Assembly: GCA_963809485.1 (NCBI GenBank)
Contig: CAWEJX010000008.1
Location: 32,001 to 96,000, forward strand
Origin: an uncultured Acidobacteriota bacterium
GTDB taxonomy: Bacteria; Acidobacteriota; UBA6911
Direction of reading: 5' to 3'
Length of the DNA: 64,000 bases
Shown: piece after piece, positions 38,972 through 48,957 of the stretch
Numbering within the stretch: the first letter of the stretch is position 1
Layout of the letters: each line of letters starts with the position of its first letter
Program-made: the position numbers and the translations under genes
Notes under the pieces: generated by a model
Database searches by the model: none
Seen by the model: the letters and a program-made list of their open reading frames with translations, nothing else
What the model was told of the DNA's origin: nothing

Positions 38972-39086
38972 AGCAGTTATATGGAAATCGCCCGGAACCT
39001 TCACTTGCGTTTTGTTTTTGCCTTTAGGAGAAAACGGACTCTTCCCTGTTTCAGCGTTGAACGTTGAACGTTCAACATCTACGGGG

Positions 39087-39584
39087 TTACATCTTGTATT
39101 TGCCCAGATCTTCCGGATTCAGGTTTTCAAGCCACTTTCTGATATCCTCGGGCGAACTGCGCTCTGCGGATAAAGTGCCGGAAGATGTGCTGGCAGATTT
39201 GGCGAGGACATCGTCGGTCACATAAATGGGAGAATCGGTTCGAAGAGCTAAAGCGATTGCGTCCGAGGGCCGGGAATCGACGGTGATCACCTTCCCTCCG
39301 GCGTTCAGAAAAATGAGGGCATAGAACGTATTGTCCTTGAGCTCGGTCACCACGATCTTGGTTACTTTGACATCGAGATGGTTCAGCAGTCCCTTGATCA
39401 GGTCGTGCGTCATGGGCCGGGGAGTATCTACTTTTTCGATCTGCAAGGCTATGGCGTTGGCCTCGAAGATACCCACCCATATGGGAAGAAGCGTGTCGCT
39501 GGATGACTCCTGAAGCACAACAATCGGAGCATTCGTGAGTGGGTCCATCATCAAGCCTTTGATCTTAAATTCGATTTCCTTCAT
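39087..39584 (-). CDS. Bifunctional nuclease family protein (DUF151)
   Basis: LPIWVGIFEANAIA, RPMTHDL, DSRPSDAIALALR. Confidence 0.92.
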   Translation of the reverse strand: MKEIEFKIKGLMMDPLTNAPIVVLQESSSDTLLPIWVGIFEANAIALQIEKVDTPRPMTHDLIKGLLNHLDVKVTKIVVTELKDNTFYALIFLNAGGKVITVDSRPSDAIALALRTDSPIYVTDDVLAKSASTSSGTLSAERSSPEDIRKWLENLNPEDLGKYKM

Positions 39585-39619
39585 GGTCCCTCCGGCCCGG
39601 TTCAATAAATCAGGGGCAG

Positions 39620-40999
39620 TCAATTTGTGCTCTCCGTGCATCCGACGAGATCGGGGACGGGATTGACTTCCCCATCCGTCTCCGGCCGGATCCAAATTCC
39701 CTTCAGGCTGTTCGGGCTGAATCCGGTTATTCCCGCCTGAACGATCCGGCCTATCAAATCCTCCGGACCGTCGAAATTGACGATCCTGTTGTTTCGCATG
39801 CGTCCCATAAGACGTACGCGGCTTCGAGCCCTGTCCTCAACCAGAACCTCGACAGTGCGTCCCACGTATTCAGCGTTCTTTCCCGACTGAATGTGCTTCT
39901 GGCGATCCTGCAGGGTCTCGAGTCTTCGGCTCTTTTCCTCCTCGGGGACATCGTCGGGCAAGCCGAACGCCGCGGTATCGGGCCGCGGCGAATACTTGAA
40001 GGAAAAGGCACTGTCATATTGTACCTCATCGAGCAAGCTGAGCGTACTCTGAAAGTCCTCCGCGCTTTCACCCGGATAGCCGACAATGATATCGGTGGAT
40101 ATGCAGATATCGCCCGGCGCACTGCGGATCTTGCGAATGGTGTCCAAATAATGCTCGCGCGTATAGCCCCTGCGCATCGCCCGCAGAATCCTGTCGGAGC
40201 CTGATTGAACCGGCAAATGGATGTGATTGCATACCTGCGGACACGAAACCATAACCTCCAGGAGCTCGTCGGAAAAATCGCGCGGATGAGGAGACATGAA
40301 GCGTATGCGCTTCAGGCCGTCGATTTTGGATATGCGCTGAAGCAATCCGGCGAAGGTCAGGTTGCCCGCCTTCCTGTCCTTATAAGAATTGACGGTCTGG
40401 CCCAGAAGCAGAATCTCGATACATCCCCCGGCCGCCAGGCTTTCAATCTCTTTGATGATCGCGGCGCTTTCCCTGACTCTCTCTTTTCCGCGTGTCAGGG
40501 GCACCACACAAAAAGCGCACTGCCGATCGCAGCCCTCGCTGATGGTAACTCTTGCGCGCCACGGGCTGCTGCGCAGAACATAGGGAGTCTCGAGAGGCTC
40601 GGGATCGTCATCTCTTCGCAGGTCGACGGCGGCCGTGTGCGTGGTCCGGTTCCGCGTCACAAGCTCGCTCATGACGTGCCCCTTCTGAGGTCCGGCCAGG
40701 ACACCCAGGTACGGCGCCTTTTTGAAGATTCTTTCCGCCTCCAGCTGGGCCATGCAGCCGACGACTCCGACCAAGAGCTGCGGTTTCCCGGCTTTGAGCC
40801 GCTTGAGTTCGCCCAGGCGCGCATAAACTTTCTGAACCGCCTTTTCACGCACCGCGCAGGTATTGAGGATTACGAGGTCTGCGTTCGAAGGATCATCCGC
40901 CGGCTCCATTCCGCCGTGCTGCAGGTTCCCCGCTATTTTTTCGGAATCCAGATCGTTCATCTGGCAGCCGAAGGTTTCGATGTAATATCTCATTGCCAT
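39620..40999 (-). CDS. miaB: tRNA methylthiotransferase MiaB
   Basis: TFGCQMN, NTCAVRE, GCMAQ, radical SAM CDRQCAFC, C-terminal TRAM domain. Confidence 0.95.
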   Translation of the reverse strand: MAMRYYIETFGCQMNDLDSEKIAGNLQHGGMEPADDPSNADLVILNTCAVREKAVQKVYARLGELKRLKAGKPQLLVGVVGCMAQLEAERIFKKAPYLGVLAGPQKGHVMSELVTRNRTTHTAAVDLRRDDDPEPLETPYVLRSSPWRARVTISEGCDRQCAFCVVPLTRGKERVRESAAIIKEIESLAAGGCIEILLLGQTVNSYKDRKAGNLTFAGLLQRISKIDGLKRIRFMSPHPRDFSDELLEVMVSCPQVCNHIHLPVQSGSDRILRAMRRGYTREHYLDTIRKIRSAPGDICISTDIIVGYPGESAEDFQSTLSLLDEVQYDSAFSFKYSPRPDTAAFGLPDDVPEEEKSRRLETLQDRQKHIQSGKNAEYVGRTVEVLVEDRARSRVRLMGRMRNNRIVNFDGPEDLIGRIVQAGITGFSPNSLKGIWIRPETDGEVNPVPDLVGCTESTN

Positions 41000-41002
41000 G
41001 AT

Positions 41003-42727
41003 CTACTGTGAACGCTTCGGTTTTGCCGTCTGCCGGTTCGACCGATCGAGCATCTCCGCAGCGTAGCGCCGGGTCGCTTCCGTGACCGTTTCGCCGCCCA
41101 GCATTCTGGAAATCTCCCGAATCCGTTCGGGTTCGTTCAGAGCCCTTACGCCCGTTTCCGTCCTGCCGCCGGTCACCTCTTTGCTTACGCTGTAGTGGTT
41201 GCGGGCGAAGGCGGCAATCTGCGGCAGGTGCGTCACGCACAAAACCTGGTTTGCCTCCGAAATCTCCCGCAGGCGTTTCCCGACAGCCTCCGCAACCCGG
41301 CCGCCGATCCCCGTATCCACTTCATCAAAGACCAGCGTCTTGTCTCCCTCCTCATCTCCGCACAGGGACTTGATCGAAAGCATCAGACGGGACAGTTCCC
41401 CGCCCGATGCGATTTTGGCCAGAGGCCGTATCTCTTCGCCCTTGTTCGGAGCTATTAAAAACTCTACATGGTCGATGCCGTGGAGTCCATAGCCGGCCGG
41501 GAGGCGCCCTTTGGGCCCCTCTACTTTGATTTCACCAAAGCGTACCTGCATCTGCATGCGTTCCATGGCCAGCGCCGCAAATTCCTTGCGTATTTCGCGT
41601 TCCAGTCTTTCCGCATCCTGCCGGCGCTTGCGCGAAAGCCGGCCCGCGCACTCAAGGTACTTCGCCGATTCCTCCTCGAACTGGGCTGAAAGCCGGGCGG
41701 TCGAATCCGCGTGAGAGAGCAATTCCTCGAGTTCCTGCGAACACTGCCGGACATATTCCAGAATGTCTTTCACCGAAGCCCCATATTTTTTAGTCAGCTT
41801 TTCCAGCGCATAAAGCCGCTGATGCACCTGTTCCAGCCGCTCCGGGCTGAAATCGTTGCGGCCGGCATAATCCCTGGCGGCATAGGCAATGTCCTCGAGC
41901 CTGTAACGGCTCTCCCGCAGCGCTTCCCTGTGCGGAAGCCAGCTTTTGTCAAAATGCTCCAACGCTTCCAGCTGCCTTTCCAGTTGACTCAGCTGCCGGA
42001 GAACCGAGGACTCGTTCTCATAGAGAATGCCGTAAGATTCCGTTGCCAGCGCCAGGATCCTTTCGCGGTTCGAGAGGAGGGTTTTCTCGTTTTCCAGCGC
42101 TTCCTTTTCATCGGGCTGCGGATCCACCTTCCGGATTTCGTCGATCTGAAACTGCAAAACGTCGATGCGCCGGAAGCGTTCCTGCTCGTCGGTCTGCCTC
42201 GCATCCAGTTGCCCGGCGATGGCCCGGAGCTCCCGGCATCTTTCCTGGACTTCCGCGAGCAGATCGGCATTGCCCCCGAAATAATCCAGCCAGACGAGGT
42301 GTGTGGAAAGGTCGAGAAGGGATTTCTGGTCCTGCTGGCCGTGGATGTCACCCAGTTTTTCGCCCATCGCCTTCAGAAGCGACAGGCTTGCCAGGTGACT
42401 GTTGACGAAGATCCGGTTGCGGCCCGACGAGGAAATCTCGCGCCGTACCACCAGGGCATCCTCCTCCCCTTCGAATCCGGATTCGGCCAGCATCTGAAAC
42501 AACGATCCCCCGGGCCGGATCTCGAACAGTCCTTCAACGACCGCGGTATCGCAATCGGAGCGTATCATTTCCTGGGAAGATCTTGCACCCAGCAGCAACC
42601 CGAAAGCGTCCACCAGGATGGATTTGCCCGAGCCGGTTTCTCCGGTTAAAAGATTCAGTCCCTGATCAAACTCGATTTCCAGCTCCCGGATCAGAGCCAG
42701 GTTCCGGATTCTTAGCAGACGCAGCAT
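41003..42727 (-). CDS. recN: DNA repair protein RecN
   Basis: TGETGSGKS, IHGQQD, ASGGELSRLML, VFDEVDTGIGG, VTHLPQIAA. Confidence 0.97.
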   Translation of the reverse strand: MLRLLRIRNLALIRELEIEFDQGLNLLTGETGSGKSILVDAFGLLLGARSSQEMIRSDCDTAVVEGLFEIRPGGSLFQMLAESGFEGEEDALVVRREISSSGRNRIFVNSHLASLSLLKAMGEKLGDIHGQQDQKSLLDLSTHLVWLDYFGGNADLLAEVQERCRELRAIAGQLDARQTDEQERFRRIDVLQFQIDEIRKVDPQPDEKEALENEKTLLSNRERILALATESYGILYENESSVLRQLSQLERQLEALEHFDKSWLPHREALRESRYRLEDIAYAARDYAGRNDFSPERLEQVHQRLYALEKLTKKYGASVKDILEYVRQCSQELEELLSHADSTARLSAQFEEESAKYLECAGRLSRKRRQDAERLEREIRKEFAALAMERMQMQVRFGEIKVEGPKGRLPAGYGLHGIDHVEFLIAPNKGEEIRPLAKIASGGELSRLMLSIKSLCGDEEGDKTLVFDEVDTGIGGRVAEAVGKRLREISEANQVLCVTHLPQIAAFARNHYSVSKEVTGGRTETGVRALNEPERIREISRMLGGETVTEATRRYAAEMLDRSNRQTAKPKRSQ

Positions 42728-42957
42728 TTGGGAGTCCCTGAAGAATGAATGCCGGTTTTGAGTCTAGCATAGGAAGTTGTGGGAGCAACAGGGGCAAAGG
42801 ACTCGGAGATCAGGACATTCAGGGGATGCAGAAAGAATTGTGTACGGGTTTTTTCCGCATTTATCCGTGGATCTGCGTTTAATCGTTTGACTTTGCCCAT
42901 GAGCTCTGGTATTTCGACTTTTCATGGTGACTATCTCACGGAGGAAATAAAAACAGA

Positions 42958-43680
42958 GTGCTGACACTTGTTATGCTTCAGGTCACACCCGCTGCTGCCG
43001 CAAGGGGTTCCCTAATCGGCCTGCTTGCGCAAACGGGCGGTTTTGCTTTGATCATCCTGCTTCTGCTGCTGCTGTTCTCGCTTTTTTCCTGGACCATCAT
43101 TTTCAGGAAGTGGCTGATGTTCCGCAACATCCGCCAGAAGAGCCGCGGGTTTGTCGAGCTGTTCCGGAAGAGCTCCCGCTTGAGCGAGGTCGGCTCCGCC
43201 TGTGAACTTTTTCGCGGCACTCCGCTGTCCGGTATTTTCACTGCCGGCTACCAGGAACTGAACGCTCAAATTCAAACGCTGAAATCCCCCAATCCGGGGC
43301 ACCCCGTGCTTGCGGAAAGGAATGTCATGGGCATTCAGCGCGCGCTCCAGCGGGCTTCGGCCGCCGAGCTGTCGGTGCTTGAAAAGAGCATGAGTTGGCT
43401 GGCTACAACCGGCGCCGTCACGCCCTTCATCGGGCTGCTGGGAACGGTTGTGGGAATTATCAATGCTTTTGAAGGGCTCGGCATGGAAAAAACGGCGTCC
43501 ATTCAAGCCGTAGCGCCGGGGATTGCGGAAGCGCTGATCGCGACCGCCGCGGGATTGTTCGCGGCCATTCCGGCCGTGATCGCCTACAACCAGTTCATAA
43601 GCAGCATCAAAAACATCGCGACCGAAATGGACGACTTTTCGTCGGAGTTTTTAAACCTGGTCGAACGGAGCTTCAGCTGA
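42958..43680 (+). CDS. tolQ: TolQ (MotA/TolQ/ExbB)
   Basis: PFIGLLGTVVGI, VAPGIAEALIATAAGLFAAIPAV; first gene of the tol-pal cluster. Confidence 0.92.
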   Translation: MLTLVMLQVTPAAAARGSLIGLLAQTGGFALIILLLLLLFSLFSWTIIFRKWLMFRNIRQKSRGFVELFRKSSRLSEVGSACELFRGTPLSGIFTAGYQELNAQIQTLKSPNPGHPVLAERNVMGIQRALQRASAAELSVLEKSMSWLATTGAVTPFIGLLGTVVGIINAFEGLGMEKTASIQAVAPGIAEALIATAAGLFAAIPAVIAYNQFISSIKNIATEMDDFSSEFLNLVERSFS

Positions 43681-44105
43681 TGGCCTTCACGACACCGCAG
43701 GGCCGAACCTCCACTTCCCTTTCGGAAATCAACGTCACTCCTCTGGTGGACGTCATGCTGGTCCTCCTCGTCATCTTCATGGTGACGGCGCCGATGCTTC
43801 AAACCGGAATCGATGTGGAGCTGCCTGAAACCAGGAACGTGCAGGAGACGGATCCCGAGGAGCGGATCGTCATTTCCATCAGCCGCGAAGGTTTGATCTA
43901 CTACGGCTCGGACGCCATAAATTTTTCCACCATAGCGAGCCGCCTGAAAAAAGATGCCAGGACCCCCAAGGACTCCATTTTCCTGAGGGCGGACAAGGAT
44001 GTCAAATGGAGCTCGATGGTTTCGGTGATCGACGCCGTACGCGGGGCAGGCTTCGAGGAAATCAAGCTTGTAACAAAGCCTTTCAAGGAGCCGCGGAAAC
44101 CTTAG
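43680..44105 (+). CDS. tolR: TolR (ExbD/TolR)
   Basis: EINVTPLVDVMLVLLVIFMVTAPM, LRADK. Confidence 0.92.
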   Translation: MAFTTPQGRTSTSLSEINVTPLVDVMLVLLVIFMVTAPMLQTGIDVELPETRNVQETDPEERIVISISREGLIYYGSDAINFSTIASRLKKDARTPKDSIFLRADKDVKWSSMVSVIDAVRGAGFEEIKLVTKPFKEPRKP

Positions 44106-44127
44106 AAAGGCGGCGAGTCGTACAACC

Positions 44128-44922
44128 ATGACTCCTGATACCAACCACGCGCCGCTTTTGAACATTCCATTGGTTCATGAAAAATCCGCCTTGCCGCTGC
44201 TGGCCTCTCTGGGAATCCACGGGTTCGCTCTGCTCCTGGTTTTTTGGGGAGGGTACATCCTTCCATCAACGGCTATTCAGATTGGGGGGCCCGGCGGAGG
44301 TCTGGGCGGCGACACTTATACCGTAGGCGTGGTCGACGAGCTTGCGGGGGGAGCGGGAATGGTGAAGCCCGCTGTGGTGCCCAAACCGCCGGCTCTTTTC
44401 GAGGAGGCTCCCGCCCCTAAAGCATCCAAGGCTGTTCCGATACCCCAGACGGTGGAGCCGAAGAAGAAGAAGGCCAGTGAGCGCGAGCTGAAAGAGGCCG
44501 CCAAACTCAAACAGTCGGCCTCGAATGTAATTCCGACAGCTCCGGAGCCCGGGGCCGGCGGGACCGGGGGGATCAGCGGAGGGAGCGGCGGGGGGCGCGG
44601 AGGCGGAACCGGTGTTTCCATTGGTACGGGATCCGGGGGATTCGGCGATTCGTGGTATGCGCGTGCGGTTGAAGCCCGCATCAGTTCGAACTGGATACGT
44701 CCTCCGCAGGGGATACAGGTCGACATGACATACAGCTTTTACATCCTGTCCGACGGCAGTATCGGCGGAATTAAAAAAGAAAAATCTTCCGGAAATCCGG
44801 AAATGGATTTGACGGCCGAACGTGCCATTCGCGCCTCGAATCCCCTGGCCCCGCCGCCTCCGGAGTTCCGCGGAAGGCCGATTCAGTTTGTCGCTCAGTT
44901 TGTCTATCCCCCGAAACCCTAG
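44128..44922 (+). CDS. tolA: TolA/TonB-family energy transducer
   Basis: N-terminal TM helix with SxxxH, Pro/Gly-rich linker, TonB-C domain (SSGNPEMDLTAERAI); lies between tolR and tolB. Confidence 0.8.
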   Translation: MTPDTNHAPLLNIPLVHEKSALPLLASLGIHGFALLLVFWGGYILPSTAIQIGGPGGGLGGDTYTVGVVDELAGGAGMVKPAVVPKPPALFEEAPAPKASKAVPIPQTVEPKKKKASERELKEAAKLKQSASNVIPTAPEPGAGGTGGISGGSGGGRGGGTGVSIGTGSGGFGDSWYARAVEARISSNWIRPPQGIQVDMTYSFYILSDGSIGGIKKEKSSGNPEMDLTAERAIRASNPLAPPPPEFRGRPIQFVAQFVYPPKP

Positions 44923-45055
44923 CGTTTTTCAGGGGGACTGTTGCAGGACCGCGAAAGGCCGTCGAAAACACAGTCCCGCGGGCTTGTATTCGCCCGCGCC
45001 AGCAGACATTCTGTGAAACAGCCGGCATGCAGGCCCTTTCGGCCAAAGGAGCGTA

Positions 45056-46402
45056 ATGTATAAGAGGACGCTATTGCTACTGCTGATCCTGGGCAGCACC
45101 CTGCCCTCTATTCACACTCAGGATACGCCGCCCGTGATGATACGGCCGCGGCCCGCCGAGGAGATTATACTGGCAGTCGCCCCGGTGCAGCCGGCTTCTG
45201 CGGATAAAACCGGGGAGCTTGCCGAATCGCTCAAAATCTTCAATCAGGTGCTCTGGGACGATCTCTCGTTTTCGGGGTTTTTCGTTATGGCCGGGAAGAG
45301 CTTCTATCCTCCGCAGCCCATCATCAGGCCTGAGGATGTAAACTATGACGCATGGAGCACCCTTCCCTTCTCGGTGAGTTTCCTCACGGCAGGGACACTG
45401 GATCAATCCGGGGGAGTTCTGCGGGCGGAATTGCGCATCTTCGACATGAAGCAGCGCTCCATGAGCTTTGGACAGCGTATCGCGGGAGACGCCGAACAGA
45501 TACGCGTGATTGCGCACCGCTGGGCGGACGAGATCGTCTACAAGCTGACGGCAGGGGCTTCGCGGGGCATTGCCTCGACCAAAATCGCCTATTCCTCAAG
45601 AAGAGGAAATGCCAAAGAGATTTATGTTATGGACTATGACGGTTACGGCCAGCATGCCTTCACGCACAACAACTCCAACAACCTGTTCCCGAATTGGGCG
45701 CCGGACGGTTCGAAGCTGGCCTTCGTGAGCTACCGGACCGGGAAACCGGAGATCAATATTTATTCCTACCTGGACGGTTCCCGTCTGGCGTTCCCCATGT
45801 ACAACACTTTCGCCTCGACTCCTGCTGTTTCGCCGGACGGGACGCAGGTGGTGTTCTGCTTAAGAACGCCGCGCGGCGACGCGGATCTTTTCATCTCGAG
45901 GCTGGACGGTTCCGACCGCCGGAATATTTCCAACAACCCGGCCATCGACACATCCCCGACATGGTCGCCCTCGGGCCGGCAGATCGCCTTTACCTCCAGC
46001 CGGTCCGGAGGTGTCAACCAGATTTTCATTTGCGACACCGATGGCGCCAATGTCCGCGGAATCATCAAGGAAGGCGGGGATGCCGATTCGCCGTCCTGGT
46101 CGCCGGACGGCCGATGGATCGCATTCCATTGGAAGCCCCACCTGAGCAGCAGTTACAACCTGTTCATAGCCGAGGTCGCTTCCGGCAGGATCAATCAGCT
46201 GACAAGCAACGGCGGAAGCAATGAAAATCCCTCGTGGGCGCCCGATGGACGCCATATCGCGTTCCAATCGAACCGGAGCGGAAGCCCCCAGATTTATATT
46301 ATGCTGCTCGACGGCTCGGAGCTCCGCATGATAACCAGTCAGGGCAGCAACAGCAGTCCCGCCTGGGGCGGATATCCGCGCAGGGAAACCGGCGGCCGCT
46401 GA
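45056..46402 (+). CDS. tolB: Tol-Pal beta-propeller protein TolB
   Basis: TolB-N domain followed by PD40 repeats (P.WAPDG, PTWSPSG). Confidence 0.93.
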   Translation: MYKRTLLLLLILGSTLPSIHTQDTPPVMIRPRPAEEIILAVAPVQPASADKTGELAESLKIFNQVLWDDLSFSGFFVMAGKSFYPPQPIIRPEDVNYDAWSTLPFSVSFLTAGTLDQSGGVLRAELRIFDMKQRSMSFGQRIAGDAEQIRVIAHRWADEIVYKLTAGASRGIASTKIAYSSRRGNAKEIYVMDYDGYGQHAFTHNNSNNLFPNWAPDGSKLAFVSYRTGKPEINIYSYLDGSRLAFPMYNTFASTPAVSPDGTQVVFCLRTPRGDADLFISRLDGSDRRNISNNPAIDTSPTWSPSGRQIAFTSSRSGGVNQIFICDTDGANVRGIIKEGGDADSPSWSPDGRWIAFHWKPHLSSSYNLFIAEVASGRINQLTSNGGSNENPSWAPDGRHIAFQSNRSGSPQIYIMLLDGSELRMITSQGSNSSPAWGGYPRRETGGR

Positions 46403-46557
46403 ACGTCAAAGCCCGCTGCGCTCCGGGAAGGAAAACTCGCGCGCCGGTGCGGGTGCATGACCGGCAGGCGAAGGACATGCTATACTTTTTAGATGGGGTA
46501 TCAGTAAGGAATAAGGGCCAAAACAATAACCAGAAAAATCACCAAGGAGATATGCCA

Positions 46558-47328
46558 ATGACACGATCGTCCTACACGGCCATGGCCTTAACCGGCCTCC
46601 TGCTGGCACTGGTTCTTTCGGGAACCGGCTGCGCAAAAAAGGTTGCTACGGCGCCCGCCGCAGCTCCGGCGACGGCAGAACCCTCGCCGGCGCCCGCGCC
46701 GCCTTCTTCCACACCGACAATTTCTCTCAGCGCGTCCCCATCGGCAATCGAGAGAGGTCAGTCGACAACACTCACGTGGAAATCCGAAAATGCGACGGGA
46801 GTGACCATCGATAGCGGGATAGGAACCGTGGAGGCGTCTGGAAGCCGGACTGTCAGCCCATCGGCCTCGGCAACCTACGTGGCGAGGGCTACGGGACCCG
46901 GCGGCAGTGCCGTGGCTGAGGCGCGCGTGACGGTCACTTCACCCGCGGCCGTAACCCCTCCCCCCCTGCCGGCGCTCAGTGACGCCGAGTTTTTTTCCAC
47001 CAACATTAAGGATGCCTTTTTTGACCTGGATTCTTACATCATCCGCTCAGACGCGCAGGATGCATTGCGCGAAAGCTCACGCGCTCTTCGCGAACGATCC
47101 GGCATTCGCATTACGGTTGAAGGCCATTGCGATGAGCGCGGGTCGGAAAAGTACAATCTGGCCCTGGGCGACATGCGCGCCAACGCCGCCAGGGAATTTC
47201 TCGTCGGACAGGGAGTCAACAGCAGCCGCGTCGACACCATCAGCTACGGCAAGGAAAGGCCTTTCTGTGAGGAACACAACGAGGACTGCTGGCAGCTGAA
47301 CCGGCGCGCGCACCTGGTCATGCGTTAG
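46558..47328 (+). CDS. pal: Peptidoglycan-associated lipoprotein with extra Ig-like domain
   Basis: Lipobox GTGC, OmpA-like domain EGHCDERGSEKYNLALG...SYGKERP...NRR. AAGGAGA RBS. Confidence 0.92.
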   Translation: MTRSSYTAMALTGLLLALVLSGTGCAKKVATAPAAAPATAEPSPAPAPPSSTPTISLSASPSAIERGQSTTLTWKSENATGVTIDSGIGTVEASGSRTVSPSASATYVARATGPGGSAVAEARVTVTSPAAVTPPPLPALSDAEFFSTNIKDAFFDLDSYIIRSDAQDALRESSRALRERSGIRITVEGHCDERGSEKYNLALGDMRANAAREFLVGQGVNSSRVDTISYGKERPFCEEHNEDCWQLNRRAHLVMR

Positions 47329-47588
47329 CCCGCAATTTCCCTGGACTCGGCCGAAGGGCGCCGCAGACCGGCATGCATGCCGAGCGGGCATGATTCGCGG
47401 GGTGGCGTGCAGACCCGCCCGCTCTTCACGGCCCCGTCAGTCCGGGAGAATTGCTCCCGCAAACATGGCGGACCGGCGGCAGCGAAACAGATCTCCGGGA
47501 AGAGAGCGGTCGTGCATCCGTCAGGCCCTGCTGTTGTAGCTTTCCCGATGCTGTGAAACAATGCGGTTTTCGGTATAGGAGAAAATGC

Positions 47589-48431
47589 ATGAATCGAAAA
47601 ATTTGTTTCTGCCTCCTGATGGCATTTATGGCTGCGCTGCCCGCGGCCCAGGCGGGCACGAAAGAGGAGTTGATGAGGCTTCAGAGCGATGTTCTCGCGC
47701 TCCAGAACCAGATTCGTGAATTTGAAAAGACCTTTAACCTTCGAACCGACGGTATCAAGAGCCTCGTAGAGCAACTGAACGATCAGGTGGCAAAATCCAA
47801 TCTGATTCTGGGCAGGATTTCGACTACGCTCGAAACCCAGGCCGCAGGCACGCAATCGGCCGATCAGGCGCTTCTCCAGGAAATCAAGGCTCTCACGGCC
47901 AAGACCGACGATTCGAACACGCGCATCTCCGTCCTGGCACAACAGTTGGCCGAGCTCAAAGTTCAATCCAAAGCCATCAGCGCGCCGTTGCCGGTTGAAG
48001 CGCCCAGAACCGGGGATTCCGTTTACAACCAGGCTTTCACCGATCTTGTTCAGGGAAACTTTGACCTCGCCGTCCAGGGATTCACAACCTATCTGAACAG
48101 CTTTCCCGGGGGAGAAATGGCCGCCCCGGCACAGTACAACATCGGGGAGGCCTATTACAGCCAGAACCGGCTGCCGCAGGCCAGTGCCGCGTTTACGGAA
48201 GTGCTGAAAAACTATCCCGGCTCCGACAAAGAAGCCAGCGCGCTTTTCAAAAGGGCCAAAATCGCCCTGGCCATGCAGAAAACCCCCAATGCCATAGCAG
48301 ATTTCAAAGATGTTGTTGCCAGGTTCCCGGACAGTCCTGAATCCGGCCTGGCCAAATCGGAACTGCAGAAACTGGGCGTCAGCTTGACAAAGCCCGCGCC
48401 TGCAAAGGACACGCGCCGCAAAACACGCTGA
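47589..48431 (+). CDS. cpoB: Tol-Pal protein CpoB/YbgF
   Basis: Signal peptide, coiled coil, C-terminal TPRs (AQYNIGEAYY); follows pal. Confidence 0.88.
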   Translation: MNRKICFCLLMAFMAALPAAQAGTKEELMRLQSDVLALQNQIREFEKTFNLRTDGIKSLVEQLNDQVAKSNLILGRISTTLETQAAGTQSADQALLQEIKALTAKTDDSNTRISVLAQQLAELKVQSKAISAPLPVEAPRTGDSVYNQAFTDLVQGNFDLAVQGFTTYLNSFPGGEMAAPAQYNIGEAYYSQNRLPQASAAFTEVLKNYPGSDKEASALFKRAKIALAMQKTPNAIADFKDVVARFPDSPESGLAKSELQKLGVSLTKPAPAKDTRRKTR

Positions 48432-48461
48432 ATCAGGCCATCCAAACGAGGAATAACCGCT

Positions 48462-48905
48462 ATGAGCTCACTCAACAAGATATTGCTTATCGGGCATCTG
48501 GGCAGAGATCCGGAAATCCGCTATACGCCCGAGGGAACGCCTGTGGCCAGTTTCAGCTTGGCTACCAGCGATAACTGGACCGACAAGAGCGGCAGCCGGC
48601 AGGAGCGTACCGAATGGCACAACATTGTGGTCTGGAACCGCCAGGCCGATCTGTGCAAACGCTTTCTTGCCAAAGGACGCCAGGTCTACGTCGAAGGCAA
48701 ATTGCGAACCAGGGAATGGACTGACCGGGACGGGAACAAGCGCCACAGCACAGAAGTGATCGCCTCGCAGATAGTTTTTCTGGGCAGCCGGCCCCAAGGC
48801 GCGGACGCGGGCGTTCAGCCCATGGAAACGTCCAGCCATTCGACGGCCGAGCCCGATCAGGCCTTTGGTGACGCCGGTATTACGGACAGCGACATTCCCT
48901 TCTAA
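48462..48905 (+). CDS. ssb: Single-stranded DNA-binding protein
   Basis: [28 protein letters not shown]-terminal DIPF. Confidence 0.97.
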   Translation: MSSLNKILLIGHLGRDPEIRYTPEGTPVASFSLATSDNWTDKSGSRQERTEWHNIVVWNRQADLCKRFLAKGRQVYVEGKLRTREWTDRDGNKRHSTEVIASQIVFLGSRPQGADAGVQPMETSSHSTAEPDQAFGDAGITDSDIPF

Positions 48906-48957
48906 AGCGTCCTGCGCAGAACCGCTGACATGCAGCGACTGACATGGGGAGAAACCT

